Shown piece by piece: positions 1-6,427 of a stretch of DNA of 37,154 nucleotides. The first letter of the stretch is position 1; each line of letters begins with the position of its first letter. Origin of the DNA: a virus (lineage: Duplodnaviria > Caudoviricetes). The DNA lies in IMG/VR virus record IMGVR_UViG_3300032234_000156, positions 1 to 37,154 of that record; one strand, written 5' to 3'. Made by a program: the position numbers and the translations under genes. The notes under the pieces were generated by a model. It was not told where the DNA came from, ran no database searches, and saw nothing but the letters and a program-made list of their open reading frames with translations.

Positions 1-18
1 AATTAGAATGTTTAATTA

Positions 19-121
19 TCCCTCTGCACTCAGTTGTAACAAGGCTACATGTTACCTTGCTATGGGATTAATGTTTTCATTACAACTGCTCACCCTTGGG
101 AAGTGAGTTATGGTGCATTAG
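19..121 (-). ncRNA. candidate twister-like self-cleaving ribozyme (P1-type order, long P5, weak or absent P1)
   Basis: The minus strand reads UAA-UGCA-CC-AUAA-CUCAC-UUCCCAAGG-GUGAG-[CAGUUGUAA...UUACAACUG]-AG-UGCA-GA-GGG-A. Pairings: P2 117-114/28-25, P4 107-103/93-89, P5 88-80/39-31, pseudoknots CCC/GGG and CC/GG. The order matches twister (UAA..P2..T2..P4 loop UCCCAAGC..P2'-GA-GGG). Deviations: CC/GG in place of GC/GC, a 9-nt L4 and no clear P1. Confidence 0.55.
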
Positions 122-231
122 TACTCTCACAAGGTTGCAACCCTTGTAGGTAGTCATCCTATTAAGTGATTGCATTACTAAACTGACTAAGTCTAATAGC
201 ATCCTATCCTTACCTGCAATTGGATGAGAGT
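122..231 (-). ncRNA. tRNA-like cloverleaf RNA (non-canonical, ~110 nt)
   Basis: 7-bp acceptor-like stem ACUCUCA(231-225)/UGAGAGU(129-123). 5-bp T-like stem CAAGG/CCUUG with 7-nt loop GUUGCAA. D-like arm UCC-AAUUGCAGGUAA-GGA, 8-bp arm UAUUAGAC/GUUUAGUA with 7-nt loop, extra arm UAGG/CCUA. The 3' end is A-C-U-A. It lacks the canonical UUCRA T-loop. Confidence 0.45.
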
Positions 232-255
232 GTATAGTAGTTCATTACATAGCTA

Positions 256-294
256 AGAGGACCCCGCAGCTCTAGACGCCACCGCGGGTTCTCT
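256..294 (-). other. GC-rich hairpin upstream of the tRNA-like RNA
   Basis: AGAGAACCCGCGGU / GCUGCGGGGUCCUCU imperfect inverted repeat in an AT-rich context. Confidence 0.5.
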
Positions 295-308
295 AATCCT
301 CCTACTAT

Positions 309-446
309 TTATTCTTCTTCATCATCAGGAAGACTAACATAGTAGCCTCCATACATCTCTGCCACATGCTCAGGATACTCACTATGATCTCTGAGGTCAT
401 TGATTTCTTGCAGTAGTTCTTCTCTACTCTTTCTTGATAGTCCCAT
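309..446 (-). CDS. small acidic hypothetical protein (45 aa, MGLSRKSREELL...DDEEE)
   Basis: ORF read by hand, ATG 446 to TAA 309, in line with neighbouring minus-strand genes. Confidence 0.6.
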   Translation of the reverse strand: MGLSRKSREELLQEINDLRDHSEYPEHVAEMYGGYYVSLPDDEEE

Positions 447-464
447 GATTACTGAATTATATTG

Positions 465-659
465 TTAATGTACGTTTTGCTTACCATAGCACCCTGTGTG
501 AAAGATGCGGGCAAAGAATGCCTTCCTATGAGCCTTGCGGTAATGTTTCTTATAGTTATATCCCTTATCATCCCTTCCCTCTGCATGCTGAGGTAACTCT
601 GTAGCTGAATAAGAAGAGAAAGAAATAAAGGTAATAAGAAGAAAGCTTAATAGTTTCAT
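465..659 (-). CDS. small exported/membrane protein with N-terminal signal peptide
   Basis: MKLLSFLLITFISFSSYSA resembles a Sec signal; basic C-terminus; A-rich leader. Confidence 0.7.
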   Translation of the reverse strand: MKLLSFLLITFISFSSYSATELPQHAEGRDDKGYNYKKHYRKAHRKAFFARIFHTGCYGKQNVH

Positions 660-786
660 AGCAATTAAAAATTAAAATGTTGTTAAGTGTGTGTTTGTTT
701 GTGTGAAGGTTGATAAAGAAAAGTAGGGGAGGTGAGGACCTACATACACATAGATCCACACATCTCCCTGACTTTCAGCAAGTTAA

Positions 787-1110
787 CTACCCTCCTGTTA
801 ACTTATCTAGACCACTTTTAGCTAATAAATCACCAAAGTTGCCTCCATATTGCTTAACAAGGCTAGCTTGTTTATCCAACTTACTCATATCTGGCACAAT
901 ATTACCATTGCTTGTGATAATTAACTCACCCACTTCACCTACGTAACGTGTTGTAAACCAGAGTGGTGTACCATCTTCTTGCTCTCTGTAATAGCTACCT
1001 TGAGCCTTCTTATAGGCTGCTAATTCTGCTGTTTCCCCGCTAACTGAATAGACGAATGTAGGGTTTCCTGCTTTACTCTTGTAAGTACGGATTGATTTTA
1101 CTTTTAACAT
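787..1110 (-). CDS. hypothetical early protein, paralog of 2100..2417
   Basis: 107 aa, near-identical blocks with the second copy (GNPTFVY, YYREQEDGTPLWFTTRY, ITSNGNIVPDMSKLDKQASLV). Confidence 0.9.
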   Translation of the reverse strand: MLKVKSIRTYKSKAGNPTFVYSVSGETAELAAYKKAQGSYYREQEDGTPLWFTTRYVGEVGELIITSNGNIVPDMSKLDKQASLVKQYGGNFGDLLAKSGLDKLTGG

Positions 1111-1155
1111 AACTGATTGTTTTTAAGTGTTATAAATTGATTCCTGACTAAAGGG

Positions 1156-1170
1156 GAATTAAGAATAGAT
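1156..1170 (-). promoter_or_regulatory. conserved 15-bp motif copy 1 (candidate early promoter)
   Basis: + strand GAATTAAGAATAGAT; five copies lie upstream of minus-strand gene blocks. Confidence 0.55.
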
Positions 1171-1279
1171 AGTATCTAAAATATAACTCTCTGTCTATCA
1201 AGGAGTTGTACGGCAATACCTGAACTATCTCTTTAACTTTCATTCCCATTAGCATATACTATGATTCCTAAGAAAAAGG

Positions 1280-1294
1280 GAATTAAGAATAGAT
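1280..1294 (-). promoter_or_regulatory. conserved 15-bp motif copy 2
   Basis: + strand GAATTAAGAATAGAT, identical to copy 1. Confidence 0.55.
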
Positions 1295-1372
1295 TTTAGC
1301 TTTTAGCTTTTTATGTTTTTCTCCGTGCTGAGACAAAGAAAAGTAGTACTTTTATATGCATATACGAAAAAC

Positions 1373-1582
1373 ATGAGATATAAAGATAAATACCCTAACA
1401 TCAAGAAGGCTAATCTGACAATAGAAGACATAGCCTCCATCTTTAATTATAAGACTACAATGGCCTTAAGAACTAGTACTAAGTACCATACTATAATGGG
1501 TGGTGTGGATAAGATACTGGCAATAGCTAATGAGCAGCACGCCTCTGCCTTGAGTGATATAGTTAAGAACCTAACTTCTTAG
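1373..1582 (+). CDS. small putative DNA-binding (HTH-like) protein
   Basis: Likely start ATG 1373 (MRYKDKY); LTIEDIASIFNY resembles an HTH helix; the only plausible plus-strand gene in the early block. Confidence 0.55.
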   Translation: MRYKDKYPNIKKANLTIEDIASIFNYKTTMALRTSTKYHTIMGGVDKILAIANEQHASALSDIVKNLTS

Positions 1583-1870
1583 ACGCTTAGTACCTCCTCT
1601 ACCATTCCTGGCTCTGTTTTTACTCTGCTTCTCCTTCTTGAGGCCACCCTTACCATGAGACATGTCTGCTCCGTCCTTATTACCATAGGTACCAGCATCC
1701 TTGTTAGCCTTGTTGAGCTTAGCACGGTACTTCTTCCTAGCCTCTGTCTTGTGATACTCAGTGTTATAAGCATCTTTCTTAGCTTTAGCCTCTGGATTAT
1801 TCCTAAAGTAAGCAGCAGATTTGCTCTTACCTCTGCTTGTACCTGCTAGTTTATTTCTTTTGCTTGCCAT
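1571..1870 (-). CDS. basic protein with degenerate HNH-like motif
   Basis: Likely start MASKRNK (ATG 1870). DGADMSH...SKNRARNG resembles short phage HNH-like proteins. Preceded by GTATATTA. Confidence 0.7.
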   Translation of the reverse strand: MASKRNKLAGTSRGKSKSAAYFRNNPEAKAKKDAYNTEYHKTEARKKYRAKLNKANKDAGTYGNKDGADMSHGKGGLKKEKQSKNRARNGRGGTKRLRS

Positions 1871-1875
1871 ATAAC

Positions 1876-1883
1876 TAATATAC
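1876..1883 (-). promoter_or_regulatory. GTATATTA motif (candidate late promoter)
   Basis: Same octamer as upstream of the plus-strand late operons. Confidence 0.45.
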
Positions 1884-1969
1884 AAAAAAAATTTAACATT
1901 TTTAGCCTCTGCAACTAGGGAGGAAATGTAAGATGATAGTAATATCCCCATTTCTTCCCTGTTCATCAG

Positions 1970-1984
1970 GAATTAAGATAAGAT
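1970..1984 (-). promoter_or_regulatory. conserved 15-bp motif copy 3
   Basis: + strand GAATTAAGATAAGAT. Confidence 0.5.
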
Positions 1985-2099
1985 TACCCATTTTACCACC
2001 CCATTTCTACCACTATGTTAGCAATATCACCATAAAATCCTGTGTATCAGTGAGTTATAAGAAAAAAAAGAAAGGGCGTTAGCCCTCTCTTCTCCTCAA

Positions 2100-2417
2100 T
2101 TAGTCATTGAGTTTACCTAATCCCTGCTGAGCAAGAACATCACCAAAATTACCACCATACTGGGCAACAAGACTTGCTTGTTTGTCAAGTTTGGACATGT
2201 CAGGAACAATGTTACCATTACTAGTAATTAACAAGTCACCAGTTTCACCAATGTATCTTGTAGTAAACCATAATGGAGTACCGTCTTCTTGTTCACGGTA
2301 GTAAGTACCCTGTGCCTTTTTGTAGGCTACTAGGTCTTCTGTAGAACCGTTTACAGTGTAAACAAACGTTGGATTCCCTGACTTAGACTTGTAAGTTCTG
2401 ATGCAATTTACTTTCAT
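2100..2417 (-). CDS. hypothetical early protein, paralog of 787..1110
   Basis: True start likely MKVNCIRTY at 2417, by alignment with the paralog. Confidence 0.9.
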   Translation of the reverse strand: MKVNCIRTYKSKSGNPTFVYTVNGSTEDLVAYKKAQGTYYREQEDGTPLWFTTRYIGETGDLLITSNGNIVPDMSKLDKQASLVAQYGGNFGDVLAQQGLGKLND

Positions 2418-2489
2418 CTTAAAATAGATTAAAGTGTGAATAAAATATATTAAAAATAAAAAGGGAAGAAACCTCCCCTTTATCATGAA

Positions 2490-2627
2490 CTAGTTCTTGA
2501 CTAATTTACCATTAACTAGTTTACCTACCACACTAGTAGTAGCGTTATCTTGTCTACGTCTAGCTACCCAGAAGTTAACAGTTACATACTCAACCCCATT
2601 TTTGCTGTAGTTAAATTCTCTTTTCAT
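2490..2627 (-). CDS. small hypothetical protein (45 aa, MKREFNYSKNG...)
   Basis: Fills the interval between two repeat copies. Confidence 0.7.
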   Translation of the reverse strand: MKREFNYSKNGVEYVTVNFWVARRRQDNATTSVVGKLVNGKLVKN

Positions 2628-2685
2628 CTTACTTAGAATTAAATTAATAATATATTAAAAAGAAAAAGGGAAAAATCCCTTCTCT

Positions 2686-2931
2686 TTAGCTGTAGTTGAG
2701 CGTGTAGTTATAAGCTTCCATTGCTAACATACCCATGCACTGTGCCATTGCTTTACTTCTGTTGCTTACTACTTTGTACTTACTCCTGTCTGTTTGCAGG
2801 AAGTTACAGCGTTCATATGCCTTATCTATAGCATGGTATATACTCACTGCCATAACATGCGTATAGTACACACATTCTTTACCATTGCTGATATATTGTA
2901 CAGCAACCTTCATTACTCTATGATTCTCCAT
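2686..2931 (-). CDS. hypothetical protein
   Basis: 81-aa ORF between repeat copies. Confidence 0.8.
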   Translation of the reverse strand: MENHRVMKVAVQYISNGKECVYYTHVMAVSIYHAIDKAYERCNFLQTDRSKYKVVSNRSKAMAQCMGMLAMEAYNYTLNYS

Positions 2932-2964
2932 AATATTATTTAAAAAGAAAAAGGGATTACTCCC

Positions 2965-3183
2965 TTATTGATTCCATTTCTTCATGCTATATAACCTACA
3001 CATCTCACTTATTGCTTTTTTACATAAGTCCATTTGAAGAGCACGAGTTGTCTTAGCATCTCTATACCATACTTTTTGATTAAGCTCTTCTAATTGAGGT
3101 ACTAGTTCATTATATAAATGAATATACTCAGGTTTGCTTTTCATTATCTGCAAACAGTCACTAACATAACGTAAATCTTCCAT
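2965..3183 (-). CDS. hypothetical protein
   Basis: Start corrected to MEDLRY (3183), just downstream of a repeat copy. Confidence 0.8.
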   Translation of the reverse strand: MEDLRYVSDCLQIMKSKPEYIHLYNELVPQLEELNQKVWYRDAKTTRALQMDLCKKAISEMCRLYSMKKWNQ

Positions 3184-3215
3184 AATAAATAAATTAATTA
3201 AAAAGAAAAGGGGAA

Positions 3216-3497
3216 TTACTTCCCTCTTCTTATGTCTGTGAGCCACTCCCAGTCTGGTTCTTCACCCATTCCAGCTATATTACTGTCTGTAATAATCTTT
3301 AGCTCCTTTCTAAGCATCTCTAGAGCATACACACTACCTGCATAGCGTAGAGCAATGTTTTTATACCCACGTCTGCTATATTGGTCTTCATCTACGCTAT
3401 CATAATACTTCTGGTCATACTCATTAAGTTGTGCAGTATATACCTCTATACGTGCGTCAATTTTAGCCATTATGCTAATTAAAGTTCCTGTATCCAT
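3216..3497 (-). CDS. hypothetical helical protein
   Basis: Start corrected to MDTGTL (3497), just downstream of a repeat copy. Confidence 0.8.
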   Translation of the reverse strand: MDTGTLISIMAKIDARIEVYTAQLNEYDQKYYDSVDEDQYSRRGYKNIALRYAGSVYALEMLRKELKIITDSNIAGMGEEPDWEWLTDIRRGK

Positions 3498-3538
3498 AAT
3501 AAATAATTTAAAAAAGAAAAGGGATATACCCCTTCCTT

Positions 3539-3799
3539 TTACAGACAATCACCAACAGTAATAACAGGCTTACCATCAACCCAGTCTCTGTCCATCTTAA
3601 ACCAGTGGTTAGCATAGCTATCTTTTTCCATGCATCTACAGGTAACACACTCTTCATTGAATGTACCAAAGAACGCATACTTATTACCATCAACATAAAA
3701 GTTTCCAGCTACGCCAAATAAACCTCTGTTAAGAGTCCTCATAGGAAATGTGTTGTTTACAGCCTCTTCTAAGGCAACTCTAATTGCTTCCATAATCAT
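3539..3799 (-). CDS. hypothetical protein
   Basis: 86-aa ORF between repeat copies (alternative start 3793). Confidence 0.8.
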   Translation of the reverse strand: MIMEAIRVALEEAVNNTFPMRTLNRGLFGVAGNFYVDGNKYAFFGTFNEECVTCRCMEKDSYANHWFKMDRDWVDGKPVITVGDCL

Positions 3800-3844
3800 A
3801 TAAATTAATTAAAAAGGAAAAGGGACTTACCCCTTTCCTACTAA

Positions 3845-4003
3845 TTACTTAGCGTTGCTATAGTTCTTAAGCGGTATAGCGTCTACTAATTCACCATTGA
3901 GGTTGTATATGCGCTTAACGTGCTTATTATTACTATAGGAGATATACTTACTTACATAGAATATCCCGTCAATCTTCTCAATTACTGCCTTACGTGTCTT
4001 CAT
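3845..4003 (-). CDS. small hypothetical protein (52 aa, MKTRKAVIEK...)
   Basis: ORF read by hand between repeat copies. Confidence 0.7.
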   Translation of the reverse strand: MKTRKAVIEKIDGIFYVSKYISYSNNKHVKRIYNLNGELVDAIPLKNYSNAK

Positions 4004-4056
4004 AACTTTATGACTTTAATTATTAATTAAAAAAATAAAGGGATCATCATAACAAG

Positions 4057-4071
4057 AAATTAAGAAAAGAT
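4057..4071 (-). promoter_or_regulatory. conserved 15-bp motif copy 4
   Basis: + strand AAATTAAGAAAAGAT, extended TAACAAG flank shared with copy 5. Confidence 0.55.
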
Positions 4072-4223
4072 CAAAAACAAAAAACACACTCTGTGTTGAG
4101 TAGTACATTAAGTAGTACCATTGTATTTTGCAACCTCTGTGTGCTCTGCATGCTCGCTGTGTGGAGAGATGATAGTAAATTCAACTAACCAACTGAATAA
4201 AAAAGGAGCCTTAGCTCCTTAAA

Positions 4224-4406
4224 CTATCTCTTGAACTCAATGATTGTAAATGCCTCATCCTTAATAGCTTGCGCTATCTTATATCTAGCATATAGGTCAA
4301 TGTCATTGTTATAGTTCTTCTTGTCATTATCAGGCATGATAGACCATAGTAATGCAATGTCTAGTGTTGTTTCCTCAGCTGGGAGAAATAAGAGTGTATT
4401 TGTCAT
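4224..4406 (-). CDS. hypothetical protein
   Basis: 60-aa ORF between repeat copies. Confidence 0.75.
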   Translation of the reverse strand: MTNTLLFLPAEETTLDIALLWSIMPDNDKKNYNNDIDLYARYKIAQAIKDEAFTIIEFKR

Positions 4407-4446
4407 AGCGTTTAATTAAAAAGAAAAAGGGCCTAAGCCCTTGATC

Positions 4447-4758
4447 TTATTTCTTGTTAGCATAGAATTTGATATCTAGCTGTTGTTGGTGGTATTTATG
4501 AGCAGCAGTATGTAGCAGCTCAATGATCTCACAGTATTGCTGAGAGTTGACAGCACCACCAACTGTAAGGATAGAGTGTTCATCCCAATATGTACGTTTG
4601 CATGTCTTGGTTGCTCTATAAGTAGCTATATTATAACCACTATTGCTTAGTAAGTCACCAACAAGTTTAGCATCTTCAGTGCTCATGGCAAAGCGCATTT
4701 TAAATACGTTAATGTTACCAATAGATTTCACGCCAAATTTAATTTCTTTAAGTTGCAT
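4447..4758 (-). CDS. hypothetical protein
   Basis: 103-aa ORF between repeat copies. Confidence 0.8.
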   Translation of the reverse strand: MQLKEIKFGVKSIGNINVFKMRFAMSTEDAKLVGDLLSNSGYNIATYRATKTCKRTYWDEHSILTVGGAVNSQQYCEIIELLHTAAHKYHQQQLDIKFYANKK

Positions 4759-4801
4759 AATTCTTAATTTAAGTTAATATTAATTAAAGAAAAAAAGGGA
4801 A

Positions 4802-4948
4802 CTAATTCCCTTTATTCAATATAGCCTGTGTGCTAAACAACAGGCCTAATGCTAGCATAGCACCAAACTCAGCAAGTTCATAATGTAAACACAATAGTGT
4901 CATGACAAAGCAGCCTGCTGCAATCATTAACTTAGTTCTTCTTTCCAT
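4802..4948 (-). CDS. small membrane protein (48 aa, two hydrophobic segments)
   Basis: MERRTKLMIAAGCFVMTLLCLHYELAEFGAMLALGLLFSTQAILNKGN. Confidence 0.7.
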   Translation of the reverse strand: MERRTKLMIAAGCFVMTLLCLHYELAEFGAMLALGLLFSTQAILNKGN

Positions 4949-4988
4949 ATCTTTTATTTAAAAAAGAAAGGGGAAGATCCCCTTTACA

Positions 4989-5141
4989 TTACAACAGCCT
5001 TCTTGTCAATCCAAGAGCGAAGGATGATAATAAGAACTGTACAGCAGCTACTACACCTATTTCTTGATTGTCAGAGAAGACAACAACAGACAGCGATGCT
5101 ACCATGCATGCTGCAAACAAAACGCTAACAAATGTTTTCAT
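4989..5141 (-). CDS. small membrane protein (50 aa, two hydrophobic segments)
   Basis: MKTFVSVLFAACMVASLSVVVFSDNQEIGVVAAVQFLLSSFALGLTRRLL. Confidence 0.7.
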   Translation of the reverse strand: MKTFVSVLFAACMVASLSVVVFSDNQEIGVVAAVQFLLSSFALGLTRRLL

Positions 5142-5152
5142 AATTTAACAGT

Positions 5153-5299
5153 TTAATTTTTAAATACTTCACATAACACTATAGGCATAAACAATGCTGG
5201 AATAGCAATCAACCCTAACGCATAAGGTGTTACGTACATTAACAAGATTGGTATTAGTACTAACAATACTGTAACCAATACGGCAAGAAACTTTTTCAT
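5153..5299 (-). CDS. small membrane protein (48 aa, two hydrophobic segments)
   Basis: MKKFLAVLVTVLLVLIPILLMYVTPYALGLIAIPALFMPIVLCEVFKN. Confidence 0.7.
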   Translation of the reverse strand: MKKFLAVLVTVLLVLIPILLMYVTPYALGLIAIPALFMPIVLCEVFKN

Positions 5300-5342
5300 A
5301 ATAATTATTTAAAAAAACAAAGGGACCTAAGTCCCTCAGTTG

Positions 5343-5699
5343 TTAGAATGGTAGATCATCTATGCATCTACGATTACCTTCCTCAAATGGATTGCATAGC
5401 CTGTCATATTCCTCATCAGTGATAGCACCATAGTGTCTAAGCACATCAGCATCTAGATCATAACTACAACCATCACAGAACAAGTCAGCTCTCCAACCTA
5501 CTACATTGCAGAAAGCATAGTCTTCACCTTGTTCTATCTCTTCTATAGCATCTACATCTACATCGCCACCACAGCAGATGCACTTAGCATCTAGGTGACG
5601 TATCATATCACCATTACTTAACTTAGTAATGTTATCAATGATATGCTCAATAGACTGACGCTGCTCAGCAGCCTTGTTAATAAACTCAGATATTAACAT
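5343..5699 (-). CDS. acidic, Cys-containing protein with SSB-like C-terminal tail
   Basis: CICC...CDGC possible Zn site; ends in IDDLPF. Confidence 0.8.
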   Translation of the reverse strand: MLISEFINKAAEQRQSIEHIIDNITKLSNGDMIRHLDAKCICCGGDVDVDAIEEIEQGEDYAFCNVVGWRADLFCDGCSYDLDADVLRHYGAITDEEYDRLCNPFEEGNRRCIDDLPF

Positions 5700-5780
5700 A
5701 ATAAACAGTGGTGCTTTAACCTATACCAGCTAACCAAAGGTTGTTATTTAAAAATAAAAAGGGACACACGTCCCTAATTA

Positions 5781-5987
5781 TTAGAATGGCAAGTCATCAT
5801 CAGGTGTTGTAATAACAACACGCTTACTTACTGCTGGTGTTCTTAGAGGAACCTCACGATTTATCCACGCATTGTGTGCCTCGCTAGAATATTCCTTAAG
5901 TCCTTGTTCTTTACAGAACTCATAGTACTCATCAGGTCCTATGTTATCATATGGGTTATAACCCATGTACTCCATTAAAATGCTCAT
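5781..5987 (-). CDS. small acidic protein with SSB-like C-terminal tail
   Basis: 68 aa, ends in DDDLPF. Confidence 0.8.
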   Translation of the reverse strand: MSILMEYMGYNPYDNIGPDEYYEFCKEQGLKEYSSEAHNAWINREVPLRTPAVSKRVVITTPDDDLPF

Positions 5988-6128
5988 AACTATTAATTAA
6001 ATATAAAAAGGGACCATACCTTTTATATATATTATAACCTTGTCACTAGCTAGCTTGTGTGCCTTGGCCTGCGTGCCTTGCCAGACATATAATAGTAACT
6101 AGACATGTAGATCATAGAGAGTAACAAG

Positions 6129-6143
6129 AAATTAAGATTAGAT
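6129..6143 (-). promoter_or_regulatory. conserved 15-bp motif copy 5
   Basis: + strand AAATTAAGATTAGAT at the head of the whole minus-strand module. Confidence 0.55.
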
Positions 6144-6333
6144 AGATAGAACATCAACATTTTCTACCAAGCATGCTTTTGTGATTGGATGGTAGGTTTT
6201 AGCAACTTGCCTGGCAAACAAGGGGGGTAGCCCCAAAGCTGTGTGATGGCGGGGGCGGTGTGTATATAGAGTCTCTCCCCACACTTACACAATAGATTTT
6301 TAAAAAGGCGAGGTGTTAATTAAAAATTATTTT

Positions 6334-6341
6334 TATATTTG
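6334..6341 (+). promoter_or_regulatory. Bacteroidota-type -7 promoter element TAnnTTTG
   Basis: TATATTTG; the same element occurs at 7065, 8383 and 16497, and TAAATTTG at 24544. Confidence 0.55.
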
Positions 6342-6383
6342 TTACTCCTTTTTTTCAATCACAATTTAGAGTTAGTTGGAAAG

Positions 6384-6414
6384 ATCCTCAGTTCTACAGG
6401 CTGGGGATTTTTTT
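6384..6414 (+). terminator. intrinsic terminator
   Basis: ATCCTCAG/CTGGGGAT stem + T tract; same stem as 9194-9217. Confidence 0.75.
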
Positions 6415-6427
6415 ATATATTTACAGT

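Larger units (their letters stand above)
2061..6024 (-). repeat. dispersed intergenic repeat: short hairpin + CCCUUUUyUUUUUAA tract, 15 copies
   Basis: Copies at about 2061, 2450, 2655, 2940, 3198, 3508, 3809, 4027 (half copy), 4196, 4416, 4784, 4958, 5309, 5748 and 5997. + strand consensus TTAAAAAnnAAAGGG(A)-loop-(T)CCCT. Confidence 0.9.

Noticed and set aside
122-231. Canonical functional tRNA gene
   Set aside because: About 110 nt long, T-loop GUUGCAA, no U8-A9 linker, pyrimidine at the position-37 equivalent and no CCA; kept only as tRNA-like
568-946. ORF-track entries 568..759 (-) and 710..946 (+)
   Set aside because: Shadow ORFs overlapping better-supported genes
1579-3696. ORF-track entries 1579..1773, 1655..1849 and 3508..3696, and N-terminal extensions of the 2100, 2965 and 3216 ORFs
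   Set aside because: Alternative-frame shadows, or extensions that read through the repeat element (giving PFLF/PLFF artefacts)
2061-6024. CRISPR array
   Set aside because: Repeats are degenerate, spacing is about 170-440 nt and irregular, intervening sequences are mostly ORFs, and no cas genes are present
2061-6024. Classical integron attC cassette array
   Set aside because: I saw no RYYYAAC/GTTRRRY boxes, the hairpins are too short, and there is no integrase in the window
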